IMG/VR virus record: IMGVR_UViG_3300011008_000177
Coordinates: 2,230 to 66,229 of that record
From: a virus
Lineage: Duplodnaviria > Caudoviricetes
Strand: one strand, 5' to 3'
DNA: 64,000 nt
The notes below the pieces were generated by a model that did no database searches, was not told where the DNA came from, and saw only the letters and a program-made list of their open reading frames with translations. Position 1 is the stretch's first letter; the number at the start of each line of letters is the position of its first letter. Shown here piece by piece: positions 9,425-20,080 of this stretch. Both the position numbers and the translations under genes were made by a program.

Positions 9425-12025
9425 TTAATAATTGTAGGGTTCACCCATATCATCTATAGATGATACTTGATTTGGATTAACTATTTTAACATTCATTATT
9501 TTTTTATAACAATTAAGAAGTTGAGTTCTAAATCTTTGAAGTTGGTCTTTTGTGTACGGCACAATATAATTTTTACTACCAATGTCTAATAATTCAATAT
9601 ACCACTCACAAATTTCTAGCTTGCTAGCGGTATAACTGGCGATCATTAATTTATCATTATAATCTCTAATGGCTTCGGTCTCAATTGTTATATATGCAAT
9701 TAAATCAGATGGAAATTTTTTAAGTTTTTTTACTTTACTAAAAAATCCTTCTTGATAATATTCTACTGTTTTATCTTTTTCTTGATGCCAATCATTATCT
9801 ATTAAAGAATTTTCAAATTCAATTTGATATTGTTTTTCCAAATCATTAAATTCTTTATTATGATATTTTTCCAATAGTATTGGAACATTTTTAATTTGTT
9901 TATACACTTCATAATTATTTAATGATCTGATTGATTCAACAATCATTTTACAATTATCAATACAATTTTCTAATTCTAATATAGCATGTAAATAATCAGA
10001 TAATATATTTTCATTATCCAATAATGATTCTTTAAATGAAAAATTATTATCAATAAATAGTGATTCAATTAACATTGGTAATATTCCTTTTAAATCAGTA
10101 TGCTCAATTATATACTTTTCTTTATTTGGTAATAATTTATATTCATAAATTAAATTATTTACCGGAATATCTATATTATCTGAATAGAAGATTATTGATT
10201 CTTTCAAGAAATTAATAATATCATCAGCTGATCCATTTTTAAATGCCATTGGTGATATTTTATATATTAATTTATTTTCTCCATTATGTAGTAAATTACT
10301 GATAGTATCTTTTGATTCTAGTAATTTATTAATAAATTTATCATCAACATTTGATACGCTAACTTCAAACATTAAAGATGGATCATCTAACAATTGAATT
10401 TCAAATGAATTAAATTTATTATCTAATTTAGGAAGAAATTCTTCAGTAAATATTTTACTAATTGTATCCAAATTAGATTGTGTTGGATCATTTGATAATC
10501 TGTCACATAATGTTTGTAACATACTTTCTGATTTCAATTCATCTTTTTTATCTTTAATTTTTAAATGCTTTTTTAATAAATCAATATCTGGAATCCACTC
10601 TATATACCAATCATCCCAGTCTCCATCCCATGAAGCATTTCCAAATTTAAAATCATTTACAATTTTTACTAATTCATCCATAATATTTTCACAGTTATTG
10701 ATTACCTTAACACATAAATCATTACTTCTTGTTACTGGATTATCTTTATGAGTTTCATTATATTCCCAAAGATCCCATCCAACTATCCAAATATATCCAT
10801 TTTCTAAATATTCTTCCCAATAATAATCATCAATTTTATCATAAACACTAAACATTGATTTATACTCAGGATATTTATCAAGACATTTGTTTAGACTTGG
10901 ACCCATTTTTTTCATCATTGATTGAACATATTTTTGTAATTTTTTCGATTCATCATCATCTAAATCATTAAGAAATTCATCATCATCAGATTTTTCAATT
11001 TCTTCATCTTTTTCATCATTTTCTTTGTTGCTAGTCCACCACCATTCTGTTAGATATTCATCTTCATAATGATGGTTTTGTAAATGCTCGTATAATAATT
11101 TACTGTATTTATCATCCAATTGTAATTGTAAGCATCCATAAGTTTCATTATATAATAATTTCGTTAATCCATTATCAGTATAATTTTCATTGAAGAATTT
11201 TGTTAATCCACCAATAATTCCTTTAACGGCTTTATTATCTAATTTGATTTGAGTATTAATATTAATTTTTCCATCCATGTAATTCCCATTTCCAGATAAT
11301 GTGGTTTCTCCAATACAATCTAAAACATTTGATGACATTGATTTTATTCCATTTTTTACAGATGATAAATCATAGTTTTCTTTGTAGTATTTATTTTCTG
11401 CTTTTTCACATAATATTTCCAAAGTATTTTTAATATTATCAATACTTTCTTTTACATATATTTTTAATTGATTTGGTAATTCTTTATATTCATATTCTTT
11501 TTCATATATTACCGATTCATCTAATTCTTTTTCTTTATTAATTTCTTTTACTTTTTTAAATTCAAACAAATCCCAAACTTTTTTAGCATCTTCTCCAACT
11601 AACCAAACATCAAATCCTTCAAAAGATTCTCCATTTTTATATTCACTTCGTAATATTAAATTATATTCTTTTTTAATAACATTTTTACATCTTTCATATA
11701 AAGTATTTATTAATTTATTCAATTTTTGTTCAACTGAATTTTCATTCATATTTTCAAAATGTCCTGTTATTTGTATCATGCAACTAAATTTATTTTTATT
11801 ATTATATGCTCGAATAGATCCAACTTTATTCTTATCAGTAGGCCCAACTAAAAATTCATCAATCTTAGATTTTGCCCATTCATCATTATTCAATTCTTTA
11901 AATTCTTTTTCATTTTCCAATAAATTATACATCATATCTTTCAATACTTTATGTACTGATATTAGATTCTTTTGTAAATTGTTGTCTAAATCTCCAAAAT
12001 ATCCATCTTTAACTAATTTAGGCAT
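9425..12025 (-). CDS. Large acidic hypothetical protein, likely inner-head/virion protein
   Basis: ATG 12025 after GGAGG (track start 12046). Several xxES/xxEG segments resembling prohead-protease sites; near the capsid gene. Confidence 0.5.
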   Translation of the reverse strand: MPKLVKDGYFGDLDNNLQKNLISVHKVLKDMMYNLLENEKEFKELNNDEWAKSKIDEFLVGPTDKNKVGSIRAYNNKNKFSCMIQITGHFENMNENSVEQKLNKLINTLYERCKNVIKKEYNLILRSEYKNGESFEGFDVWLVGEDAKKVWDLFEFKKVKEINKEKELDESVIYEKEYEYKELPNQLKIYVKESIDNIKNTLEILCEKAENKYYKENYDLSSVKNGIKSMSSNVLDCIGETTLSGNGNYMDGKININTQIKLDNKAVKGIIGGLTKFFNENYTDNGLTKLLYNETYGCLQLQLDDKYSKLLYEHLQNHHYEDEYLTEWWWTSNKENDEKDEEIEKSDDDEFLNDLDDDESKKLQKYVQSMMKKMGPSLNKCLDKYPEYKSMFSVYDKIDDYYWEEYLENGYIWIVGWDLWEYNETHKDNPVTRSNDLCVKVINNCENIMDELVKIVNDFKFGNASWDGDWDDWYIEWIPDIDLLKKHLKIKDKKDELKSESMLQTLCDRLSNDPTQSNLDTISKIFTEEFLPKLDNKFNSFEIQLLDDPSLMFEVSVSNVDDKFINKLLESKDTISNLLHNGENKLIYKISPMAFKNGSADDIINFLKESIIFYSDNIDIPVNNLIYEYKLLPNKEKYIIEHTDLKGILPMLIESLFIDNNFSFKESLLDNENILSDYLHAILELENCIDNCKMIVESIRSLNNYEVYKQIKNVPILLEKYHNKEFNDLEKQYQIEFENSLIDNDWHQEKDKTVEYYQEGFFSKVKKLKKFPSDLIAYITIETEAIRDYNDKLMIASYTASKLEICEWYIELLDIGSKNYIVPYTKDQLQRFRTQLLNCYKKIMNVKIVNPNQVSSIDDMGEPYNY

Positions 12026-12170
12026 TATTAATAACCTCCAATTCACTTCTATTGATTAACTAAAAATATTATAAAGTGGTGAAATACCCTATAAATTTAA
12101 TTATTATTTTAATTATATATTCTAATAGTAATAATATAAAATATTATATCATAAAGGAGAATATTAAATT

Positions 12171-12923
12171 ATGGAAAATAATAATAATAAAATAATATGG
12201 AAAGATATTATAATAGATAAGAATGTGACAAATTATGAAGTAAATAATATTGGCCAAGTTAGAAATAAAATAACTAATAAAATATTAAAACCAATAAGAT
12301 CAGAAAAGATTGATAATACATATTTACACGTTGCTTTATTTATTAATAAGAAACCAAATTATCAATTATTGCATAGATTAGTAGCATCAGCATTTATACC
12401 AAATAATGATCCGAAAAATAAATTATTTATAAATCATATTAATGGTATAAAGAATGATAATAGAATTGAAAATCTGGAATGGTGTACAGCTTCTGAAAAC
12501 ACAAAGCATGCTTATAGTATAGGATTATGTAAATCAAGAGTTGGTACAGATAATAATTTTACAAAATATAATGATGATCAGATTCATATGGTATGTAAAT
12601 TATTAACAAAATTTCTTCCAATGAGATTAATTAGTGAATTAACAAATGTTACCAGTAGACAAGTTAAGAAAATTAAAAATGGTCAGCATTGGAAATATAT
12701 ATCATCATTATACAATATTAACTATCATGAAAAGTATAAGTCTCACAATATTAAATATAAAGAATTAAAAAAGATATTAATAGAATTAAATATATTTGAT
12801 AAAATAAATTTATTAAGTTTATTAAATTCTGATAATATTACTCATAAAAAGAAATTAATAGAAGATTTAGAAAATTTAGATTATACAATATTCATTGACT
12901 CAAAATTGATAAAAGAATTATAA
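12171..12923 (+). CDS. Freestanding HNH homing endonuclease (NUMOD4 + HNH)
   Basis: IWKDI..YEVNNIGQVRN (NUMOD4-like), LHRLVASAFIPN, INHINGIKNDNRIENLEWCTASENTKHA. Confidence 0.9.
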   Translation: MENNNNKIIWKDIIIDKNVTNYEVNNIGQVRNKITNKILKPIRSEKIDNTYLHVALFINKKPNYQLLHRLVASAFIPNNDPKNKLFINHINGIKNDNRIENLEWCTASENTKHAYSIGLCKSRVGTDNNFTKYNDDQIHMVCKLLTKFLPMRLISELTNVTSRQVKKIKNGQHWKYISSLYNINYHEKYKSHNIKYKELKKILIELNIFDKINLLSLLNSDNITHKKKLIEDLENLDYTIFIDSKLIKEL

Positions 12924-12964
12924 TTATATTGGTATGGACATTTTAGTCCATACCAATATAATTA
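12921..12964. terminator. Long hairpin between HNH gene and major capsid gene
   Basis: taattatattggtatggac...gtccataccaatataatta, ~19-bp stem. Confidence 0.7.
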
Positions 12965-13007
12965 ATTTATTTTTTATTTTTATATGTAATATTCTATCTA
13001 TCAGATA

Positions 13008-14933
13008 TTAAGGATTAACTCCAGTTGGTGTCTCTGGTGTAGTATCTGCCCATGGAGCACCAGTCTTTGTTCTAGATGCTTTAGGTGTACCATAAATAAT
13101 ATTACTATTAAGAAGAATTAATTTAGCTTGAATTCCCTGAATTGTAATATTAGTGAACCTAGACATTGCTGTCACTATATTATAGGCCCCGCCTGCGGCT
13201 ACGCTTGGTGAATTGTATGCTGTCTGAGACTGTGAAGTGAACAAATGTGAAGTATATTTAAGATGTCTGTATGAAATGTGTTCACTATCAGTTGGATATC
13301 CATAGATATGCATTACCAATTCACGCTGTGCTGTTGCAGGTGCAGATGTACCATATTTTTCAAGATCCACAACATCATCAGTATAAGGATCATAGAGGTT
13401 TGTAGCAACAATACGAATATTAGCACCAAGATCTGTGCTGAATCCATATGAACTATTGACCTCGATACCTCCAACAGACGTACCTTGCTGAACTTTCCAC
13501 TGGACAAATTCTTTGAGAATTCTACAGACCATTGGATTTGCAACAATGATGAATGAGAGGTTATCTAATTTTGTTGCTTCAGTTAACTGATTGAAGATTG
13601 AATCAAGTCTGAACTGAACAGCTCTTGTCATATACTGGAATGGATCACCAGCGAAATAATCAGGAGCCTTAAGATCTACATAGTGAGTCTGTACAACAGG
13701 TTCAAGTTTAAAGATATCAGGATCAATATTCTCATTCTTCTCAAAATCTTTATTAAGGAAATCAATAACTGTTAAGCATTCATTCATTTCCTGGCAACGA
13801 ACGATTTCATCAACCATTCTGTTATAATAGTTAATATCAAGAAGAGCTGAAGCATCTTCAATTTCTTCAATTGAGAATGGCATGTTCCAACGTGCACCAT
13901 CTTCAATTGTGAAACGTTTAATTTCTCTCTTTTCACGTACTGATGTTGAACGTCTGTTCTGTTCGTTGGAAAGATATCCTTCGATATATACACCAGTAAC
14001 TCTACCAGAAGTATTTGCAATATCAATTGTACCATTACGGAAATCTACCTGGCCCTGAATGTTGTCCTGAACAGGAATTTCATTTCCAGAAGCATCTTTG
14101 TAAACAAAATCAAGTTTACCATTAAGAAGAGTTCCACCAGTGGCAAATTCAACTGTGATGCCATTTCCAACAAGAGGAATACGCTGACTTGCAACCTGAA
14201 CTGCATTGATTCTAAATGCAAATGAAAGCTGATCAAGTCCTCTAACTCCCTTTGTGAGATTTGTAATAATATCATACTGGAAGAGTTTTCCTGACGCTCC
14301 AAGATCAACTAATTTGTTGTTATCGATAGGAAGACCTTTTGAAGCATTGAAAGGTTCTTTCCACGTACCATCCCAAATACATTTAGGATATTCATATTCT
14401 TTACCAGTATTATTATCAACAATATACATGGTACGAACATGTTTTGAAATATTAGGTGTCTTCGTAGTTTCAACTTCAATAATATCTTTAATTATTGATG
14501 AAAAGAACTGTTTCACAAGAACAGGAAATTCAAGTGTTGAAATAGGAAGATAAGCAGTCATTGATGCTGATTCATTATAGAAGTTAACTTTTGTATCCCA
14601 GAAACGTTCAACATTTTCAATGATGTTATGAATGTGAGGATCATTCTCACTCATTGATTCAAATCCTTCAATTACCGGTTGCATTAAATCGACTTTATAT
14701 TGTTCCATGAATGCAGGATCTGCAAGCATTGATTTGAAATCACGTTTAATATCAATTTTCTTTGTGTCTTTATAACGATCACAAAGTTCTTCGAAATGTT
14801 CATCAAAACTTTTTACTCCTAAATTCTGAAATGATCCGAAGGAACTTTTTGGTTCGTCATAGTTACGAGAATTACGTTCAGCAGCTGATTCGCCGAACCA
14901 GCTATCTGCTACATTACGTCTAAAAGTAGCCAT
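13008..14933 (-). CDS. Major capsid protein precursor
   Basis: 641 aa with an N-terminal propeptide carrying GESA/NESA putative cleavage sites, then LPISTLEFPVLVKQFFSSIIKDIIEVET typical of jumbo-phage capsid proteins; strong AGGAGA RBS. Confidence 0.8.
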   Translation of the reverse strand: MATFRRNVADSWFGESAAERNSRNYDEPKSSFGSFQNLGVKSFDEHFEELCDRYKDTKKIDIKRDFKSMLADPAFMEQYKVDLMQPVIEGFESMSENDPHIHNIIENVERFWDTKVNFYNESASMTAYLPISTLEFPVLVKQFFSSIIKDIIEVETTKTPNISKHVRTMYIVDNNTGKEYEYPKCIWDGTWKEPFNASKGLPIDNNKLVDLGASGKLFQYDIITNLTKGVRGLDQLSFAFRINAVQVASQRIPLVGNGITVEFATGGTLLNGKLDFVYKDASGNEIPVQDNIQGQVDFRNGTIDIANTSGRVTGVYIEGYLSNEQNRRSTSVREKREIKRFTIEDGARWNMPFSIEEIEDASALLDINYYNRMVDEIVRCQEMNECLTVIDFLNKDFEKNENIDPDIFKLEPVVQTHYVDLKAPDYFAGDPFQYMTRAVQFRLDSIFNQLTEATKLDNLSFIIVANPMVCRILKEFVQWKVQQGTSVGGIEVNSSYGFSTDLGANIRIVATNLYDPYTDDVVDLEKYGTSAPATAQRELVMHIYGYPTDSEHISYRHLKYTSHLFTSQSQTAYNSPSVAAGGAYNIVTAMSRFTNITIQGIQAKLILLNSNIIYGTPKASRTKTGAPWADTTPETPTGVNP

Positions 14934-15031
14934 AATATATCATATCTCCTTTATTTGTTAAATTTTATTTATAAATAAATACATATTATTCTTTAATGTA
15001 TATATAAAATTTTACATATTGGTTACATCAA

Positions 15032-15616
15032 TTAACGAGTACCTTTATTAATTTCTTGTGAAAATTTATCGTTTAACATTTTTAATGCATTTAAACATTG
15101 ATTAAAAAATAGTAAATTCTTTGAAGAATTTTCTGAAATAAAAGAATTATTAATATATAATCTTATGCTTTCATCTAGTCTTTTAAATTCTTCTACAATT
15201 TCTCCAAGATTTGGTACTATGGAATGTAATATTTCATTATTATTTTTTATATTGGATAATTGACTTCCAATTTGATTTAATAATGTAAGAAATTTATCAT
15301 ATAATAATTTATTTAATATATTTGAAATTTTTTCATCAATTTCTAATTCTTTTTTCTCACCATTATTTTCATCATCGGAATTTATATCATCCATATCTGA
15401 TCCAAAATCATTGTCATCCGATGACATATCCTCTGGCATATCGGGAGGCATTTCTGTATCAGCTTCTCCAGTTAAATCATCATTTGTTGGCATATCAGGT
15501 GGAGAATCACTAGTACCAACATCAGGCATATCGGGAGCTGCAGTAGCATCTGGAGTAGCTTCAGTTCCAGGAGCTTCAAATAAAACTTGCTCGAAAAAAG
15601 ATAACTTCGTAACCAT
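15032..15616 (-). CDS. Acidic hypothetical protein (P/D-rich N-terminus, helical C-terminus), possible head/scaffold protein
   Basis: PPDMP repeats and LFEA putative cleavage site; co-oriented immediately upstream of the capsid gene. Confidence 0.45.
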   Translation of the reverse strand: MVTKLSFFEQVLFEAPGTEATPDATAAPDMPDVGTSDSPPDMPTNDDLTGEADTEMPPDMPEDMSSDDNDFGSDMDDINSDDENNGEKKELEIDEKISNILNKLLYDKFLTLLNQIGSQLSNIKNNNEILHSIVPNLGEIVEEFKRLDESIRLYINNSFISENSSKNLLFFNQCLNALKMLNDKFSQEINKGTR

Positions 15617-15631
15617 ATATTTCAGCTCCTC

Positions 15632-18226
15632 CTATAAGATATAATTCGCGTTAGGCCCACCAGCAACTTTAAACAATTTTTTCTTAATCTCATTCTTATA
15701 ACGCATGAGTTTAAATTGATTTTTCAAATCATTATGTTCTTTGGCATATTCAATTTTCTCATCAATTATTTTAAGTTCAGTATTAATTTCATTTAACATT
15801 TCATTTCTAATTCTTTCACGTTTTGCTGTTCTTGTCCAAAGTCTAGATGCTCCTAAATAAACAAAAATTGGATTTAATAATAAACCAGCATATCCTAATG
15901 CCCAGTAATGTATTCCTGCACGAGCAGCTCTATAAAGATTATAACGATTTTCAGGATCAGCAAGATCTTCTTTTAATTCTTCTTCATCTTTATCTTTCCA
16001 AAAATTAACCAATCCGCTCAACCAAGAACCAACTCGTTTGAATGGTTTTGCAACAGCTTTCCCAAAATTAATTACACTTTGAGCTCCTTTTTTGGCACTC
16101 TGTTGATATGACGCAACATTTCTATCAATATCTGTCATCATATCTGTCCATGGATTATCTGATTTTGGCATTTCTGGATCTTCAACTTCTTCTTTATTAT
16201 CATCTTCAGATTCTCTTAAATAATTTAAAATTTTTCTTGAATAAGATTGAGACAAAGATCCTAATACATAATTAACATCATACTTGGAGCCTATGATGTC
16301 TAAATTAATATTATTATCATTGGTGTTGTTCTCAGCATAATATTTTTTCACAGCACTTTCAATAATTGCATTTAATTGTTTAACAAATTTTATATCGGAA
16401 TCGTCAGAAACATTTAATCTGGTAACTTTAAATTTTGATTTATAATTACCATCTCCCAAATATGATTCTGTTGTATATGCTTTATTGATATTATATTCTT
16501 CATTTACATTTGGAAGAATAACAATTTGTCCAAATATATTATCATTCTTTTCAAGAATAGCAGTATCTCCCATTTCAAATAAATATCCTTTGGAAGTTAT
16601 TAGATTGAAATATCTTTCCAATTTAAGTTTTGTCAATTCACCATAAGAACCATTTTCAATTTCATTATGAATTGTTTCTGATAAGAAAGTATTCATAGCT
16701 TTAATTTCATCTGATACTTTCTCTGGTAAATGACATAATTTACATGTATTGGAATTTTCATCATTGAATATGGTTTCAACAAATACTTTATCATCTAAAA
16801 TATTATCTAAATTCCAAGGTTCAAAATCTGCTAGTGAAGATTCTTTGATAGGATTTTTATCTGTTCTTACTTTCAATGAATTATCAGTTGAATCATGAGA
16901 ATCTATTCTACTATTACTATTTCCATTATATAATTTACTATTTTTATTATATGAATTTGTATAATTGTAATAGTATGTGTTGTATACATTTCCTCTACGA
17001 GATTTATTCTTATTATCGAGAGAATTCTTTAATTCTGTTCCAAGATTTTCATCAGTATTGTCAATTTCATCATCTAAATCATCATCTGATACTGGCATTG
17101 ATGATTTTTTAATTGGTTTTGGCTTTGAAGATGAAGGACGTCTATAAGATTCAATATCATCTAATTCATCATCTGAATCATCAGGTTCAACTTTTACAAC
17201 TGATGGTTTTTCATCATCTTCATATGTATCTGAATTTCCATAAATTCCATGTAGATATTTTGGAGAAGCTCCAGTTCGTTTGTGTTGAATATGTTTACTA
17301 AAGATTGTACTTTCATCAACATCATCCAATGATGAACAATTCTCCATTGCAATTAATTCTTCATATAAAGAATTATTTTGTTTCTTTATAGATTCTTTAA
17401 TAAATGAAGACTTTTCTCCATATATATCATCAGCACATAAGGATACATATTCATTATATGTAATCATATCAAGCATTGCATTAATATCACTATTTGTGTA
17501 TTTGATTAAAATATTTTTATTATTCGCTAATAATGCTTCAGCAAATAATCTATTCTTAGTATTTAAAATTTTCTTACTTAATGTAGATGCAGAATTTTCT
17601 TTAAAATATTTTATTGATTCATTAGTCGATAATTTATAATCTTCACAAATAAAACTCATCCATTGGTAAAATAATGGTGAATTGAATCTTGATTGTTCTT
17701 TAATATATTCTAATGTAAGTGATAATGCTTTATTACCAATTTTATTGGAAGCAATTAACATATCAGGAATAGCTTGTTCATTAAATGTTTTAATCATTCC
17801 ATCAACATTTTTGCAATTTGGAATATCTTCTGTGATTCCATAAAACGTTTCTAAATATTTTTTCATATCTGTATCAGAATAATATTCGTACATTGTTAGA
17901 AACTTTATATTTTTCTTTTTAAGATTTTTTAATTCATCCAAGTATTCTTTATATATAGAAGAATTTAATTTATTCTTCTCACATTTTTCAACACAATCAT
18001 TGAATTTTTCAATTAAATAATTATATGAGCATACAGGAATATCATATTTAGACATAAATTCTTTAAATGAATTTAAACCAATCGAAGATTGAATGATATA
18101 TTCTATATTAGTAATATACTGATAGGGAGATTCTAAATACTCAGATATGGCATTTTTATATTCGGCAATGTTATTGGCTGTTTTATTATATTTCGTTTTT
18201 TCATATAATATTTTAATATTTACCAT
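15632..18226 (-). CDS. Large hypothetical virion (inner-head) protein
   Basis: ATG 18226 after AAGGAG (track start 18235). Low-complexity D/S/N linker and multiple KES/RES sites; in the capsid operon. Confidence 0.5.
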   Translation of the reverse strand: MVNIKILYEKTKYNKTANNIAEYKNAISEYLESPYQYITNIEYIIQSSIGLNSFKEFMSKYDIPVCSYNYLIEKFNDCVEKCEKNKLNSSIYKEYLDELKNLKKKNIKFLTMYEYYSDTDMKKYLETFYGITEDIPNCKNVDGMIKTFNEQAIPDMLIASNKIGNKALSLTLEYIKEQSRFNSPLFYQWMSFICEDYKLSTNESIKYFKENSASTLSKKILNTKNRLFAEALLANNKNILIKYTNSDINAMLDMITYNEYVSLCADDIYGEKSSFIKESIKKQNNSLYEELIAMENCSSLDDVDESTIFSKHIQHKRTGASPKYLHGIYGNSDTYEDDEKPSVVKVEPDDSDDELDDIESYRRPSSSKPKPIKKSSMPVSDDDLDDEIDNTDENLGTELKNSLDNKNKSRRGNVYNTYYYNYTNSYNKNSKLYNGNSNSRIDSHDSTDNSLKVRTDKNPIKESSLADFEPWNLDNILDDKVFVETIFNDENSNTCKLCHLPEKVSDEIKAMNTFLSETIHNEIENGSYGELTKLKLERYFNLITSKGYLFEMGDTAILEKNDNIFGQIVILPNVNEEYNINKAYTTESYLGDGNYKSKFKVTRLNVSDDSDIKFVKQLNAIIESAVKKYYAENNTNDNNINLDIIGSKYDVNYVLGSLSQSYSRKILNYLRESEDDNKEEVEDPEMPKSDNPWTDMMTDIDRNVASYQQSAKKGAQSVINFGKAVAKPFKRVGSWLSGLVNFWKDKDEEELKEDLADPENRYNLYRAARAGIHYWALGYAGLLLNPIFVYLGASRLWTRTAKRERIRNEMLNEINTELKIIDEKIEYAKEHNDLKNQFKLMRYKNEIKKKLFKVAGGPNANYIL

Positions 18227-18305
18227 AAAAAGCAACTCCTTTACTAAAATATTGAAATAATTTTTATATTATTTATTCGGTGTACATCTTGGAGGAATGA
18301 TATAA

Positions 18306-20027
18306 ATGAATAAAGATAAAAAGAAAAATGAATTACCAAAGTTAAATGAAATAAAAATAAATAGTATTGGAGTTTATTTTAAAATTCCAATACTAAAGAA
18401 AATATTAAAAATATTAACTATGAATCATGGTGGATATAGAACTCTGAAATCAATGAAGACTATAAATAAGTTATTCTCAAATATCGATTTAAAACAATAC
18501 AAAAATAACACCGAAGCTTTAGCATATATTTGGTGTATTCAATATATAAGTAAACAGTGGTTAGGTGGAATTACTGATCCAGAGATTATTATGGAAATTG
18601 CAAAAGGTCATTCTGAATATGATAATCTGAAGGGTGATTTAATGCAAAAATGTGCATCTGATTCTAATATTATATTAGAACCAGAAGCACGTAGTATTTT
18701 TGGATTAATTTCAGAAGCTTTACAACAAGGATATATCATTCCATATAAAGAAGAAATCATAAACTTATTAGATGATATTGATATAAATGAACCAGGAGCT
18801 TATAAAATATTATCAGAAAGATTATTTAATATATCAAAAACTTTAATGGATATTAAATACAATACAAATTTAATCACAAATAAAATTGAATTTAATACAG
18901 CCAATGAAGATAGTATTAAGGAAGCAGTTACTCAAACTATTGCATCATTGTCTAGTAAAGGAAATATTTTTAAAACTGGAATTAAAAGATTAAATACATT
19001 ATTATCACCAGGATATATGAACGGAAGATTATATGTCTATATGGGTTTACCAGTAAGCTACAAATCAGGTATGCTTTTAAAATCAGCATTAGATATTAGA
19101 GAATATAATCCCAATTTTCAAACAAAAACTCCAGGAATGACTCCATGTGTTCTTTTAGTAACAATGGAAAATACATATGAAGAAACTATTGAAAGAATTT
19201 GGAATATGTATTTTGATGATGCAATTACAGATCATGATCCTGAAGAAGCAATTCAAATGATGTATGAAAAATTAGGATATACTGATGATCCTGATGAAAA
19301 TACTAATACAGATGATAAAAAAGAAAAATCATTGGTTGATTTATTGGATGAAGAAGATAAGAAAAAGGAAAGAAAAAATATAGCTGTTGTAATTCAATAT
19401 AAACCATATAGATCAATCAATACTGATGATTTATATACTATGATTGAAGATCTTAGAGAAGAAAATATGGAAGTATGTGTTTTAATATTAGACTATATTA
19501 AAAGAATTGCTCCTGCTACGCCTGTGCAAGATAATCTAAGATTAGAATTAGATCATATCATGAATGAATTAAAAGCATTAGCTATTATTAAAAATATTCC
19601 AGTGATTACAGCTCACCAAATGAATAGAGCAGCTGCATCTACTGTAGATCAAGCATTACGTCAAGGAAAGACAGACGTCAATAAATTGGTTGGTCGTGAA
19701 AATATTGGAGATTCGTTTTCTGTCTACGAAACAGCTGACTGGTTAGCAGTTTTAAATACAGAATATAAACAAGGAACTGATCAAAAATATTTAACAATAA
19801 ATTGTATCAAACGAAGACGTGTGGATAGATCAGAACTTAATCTGGAAAGATATACATACTTAGCTCATCCATTTTGTATTGATAATTCATTTAGATTGAT
19901 TGATGATATTAAATTAGATAAAGTTTTATCATTACAAACATTAATGCCTGATGCTAGTGAATTAAATCCGATACCAGAAAAGTTGGAAAAATTACCATAT
20001 GAAAAATTTAATTATAATAAATTTTAA
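18306..20027 (+). CDS. dnaB: DnaB-like replicative helicase (jumbo-phage type)
   Basis: Variant Walker A GLPVSYKSG, VTMEN, ILDYIKRI (Walker B), ITAHQMNR, IGDSFSVYETADW. Confidence 0.88.
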   Translation: MNKDKKKNELPKLNEIKINSIGVYFKIPILKKILKILTMNHGGYRTLKSMKTINKLFSNIDLKQYKNNTEALAYIWCIQYISKQWLGGITDPEIIMEIAKGHSEYDNLKGDLMQKCASDSNIILEPEARSIFGLISEALQQGYIIPYKEEIINLLDDIDINEPGAYKILSERLFNISKTLMDIKYNTNLITNKIEFNTANEDSIKEAVTQTIASLSSKGNIFKTGIKRLNTLLSPGYMNGRLYVYMGLPVSYKSGMLLKSALDIREYNPNFQTKTPGMTPCVLLVTMENTYEETIERIWNMYFDDAITDHDPEEAIQMMYEKLGYTDDPDENTNTDDKKEKSLVDLLDEEDKKKERKNIAVVIQYKPYRSINTDDLYTMIEDLREENMEVCVLILDYIKRIAPATPVQDNLRLELDHIMNELKALAIIKNIPVITAHQMNRAAASTVDQALRQGKTDVNKLVGRENIGDSFSVYETADWLAVLNTEYKQGTDQKYLTINCIKRRRVDRSELNLERYTYLAHPFCIDNSFRLIDDIKLDKVLSLQTLMPDASELNPIPEKLEKLPYEKFNYNKF

Positions 20028-20038
20028 TTATATATTAT
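20027..20038 (+). promoter_or_regulatory. Representative of recurrent ATATATT(A/C)T promoter-like motif
   Basis: ATTATATATTAT here, with similar copies at ~6489, 12112, 21802, 25251, 29157, 29484, 54285 and 57099, mostly 29-49 nt upstream of a + strand start. Confidence 0.5.
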
Positions 20039-20080
20039 TATTGTATATAATATAAAAGAAAGGAAGATATACTTGTAATT

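Noticed and set aside
18306-20027. Inactivated DnaB because Walker A is GLPVSYKS rather than GxxGxGKT
   Set aside because: Non-canonical Walker A sequences occur in jumbo-phage DnaB-like helicases, and the other motifs are intact.
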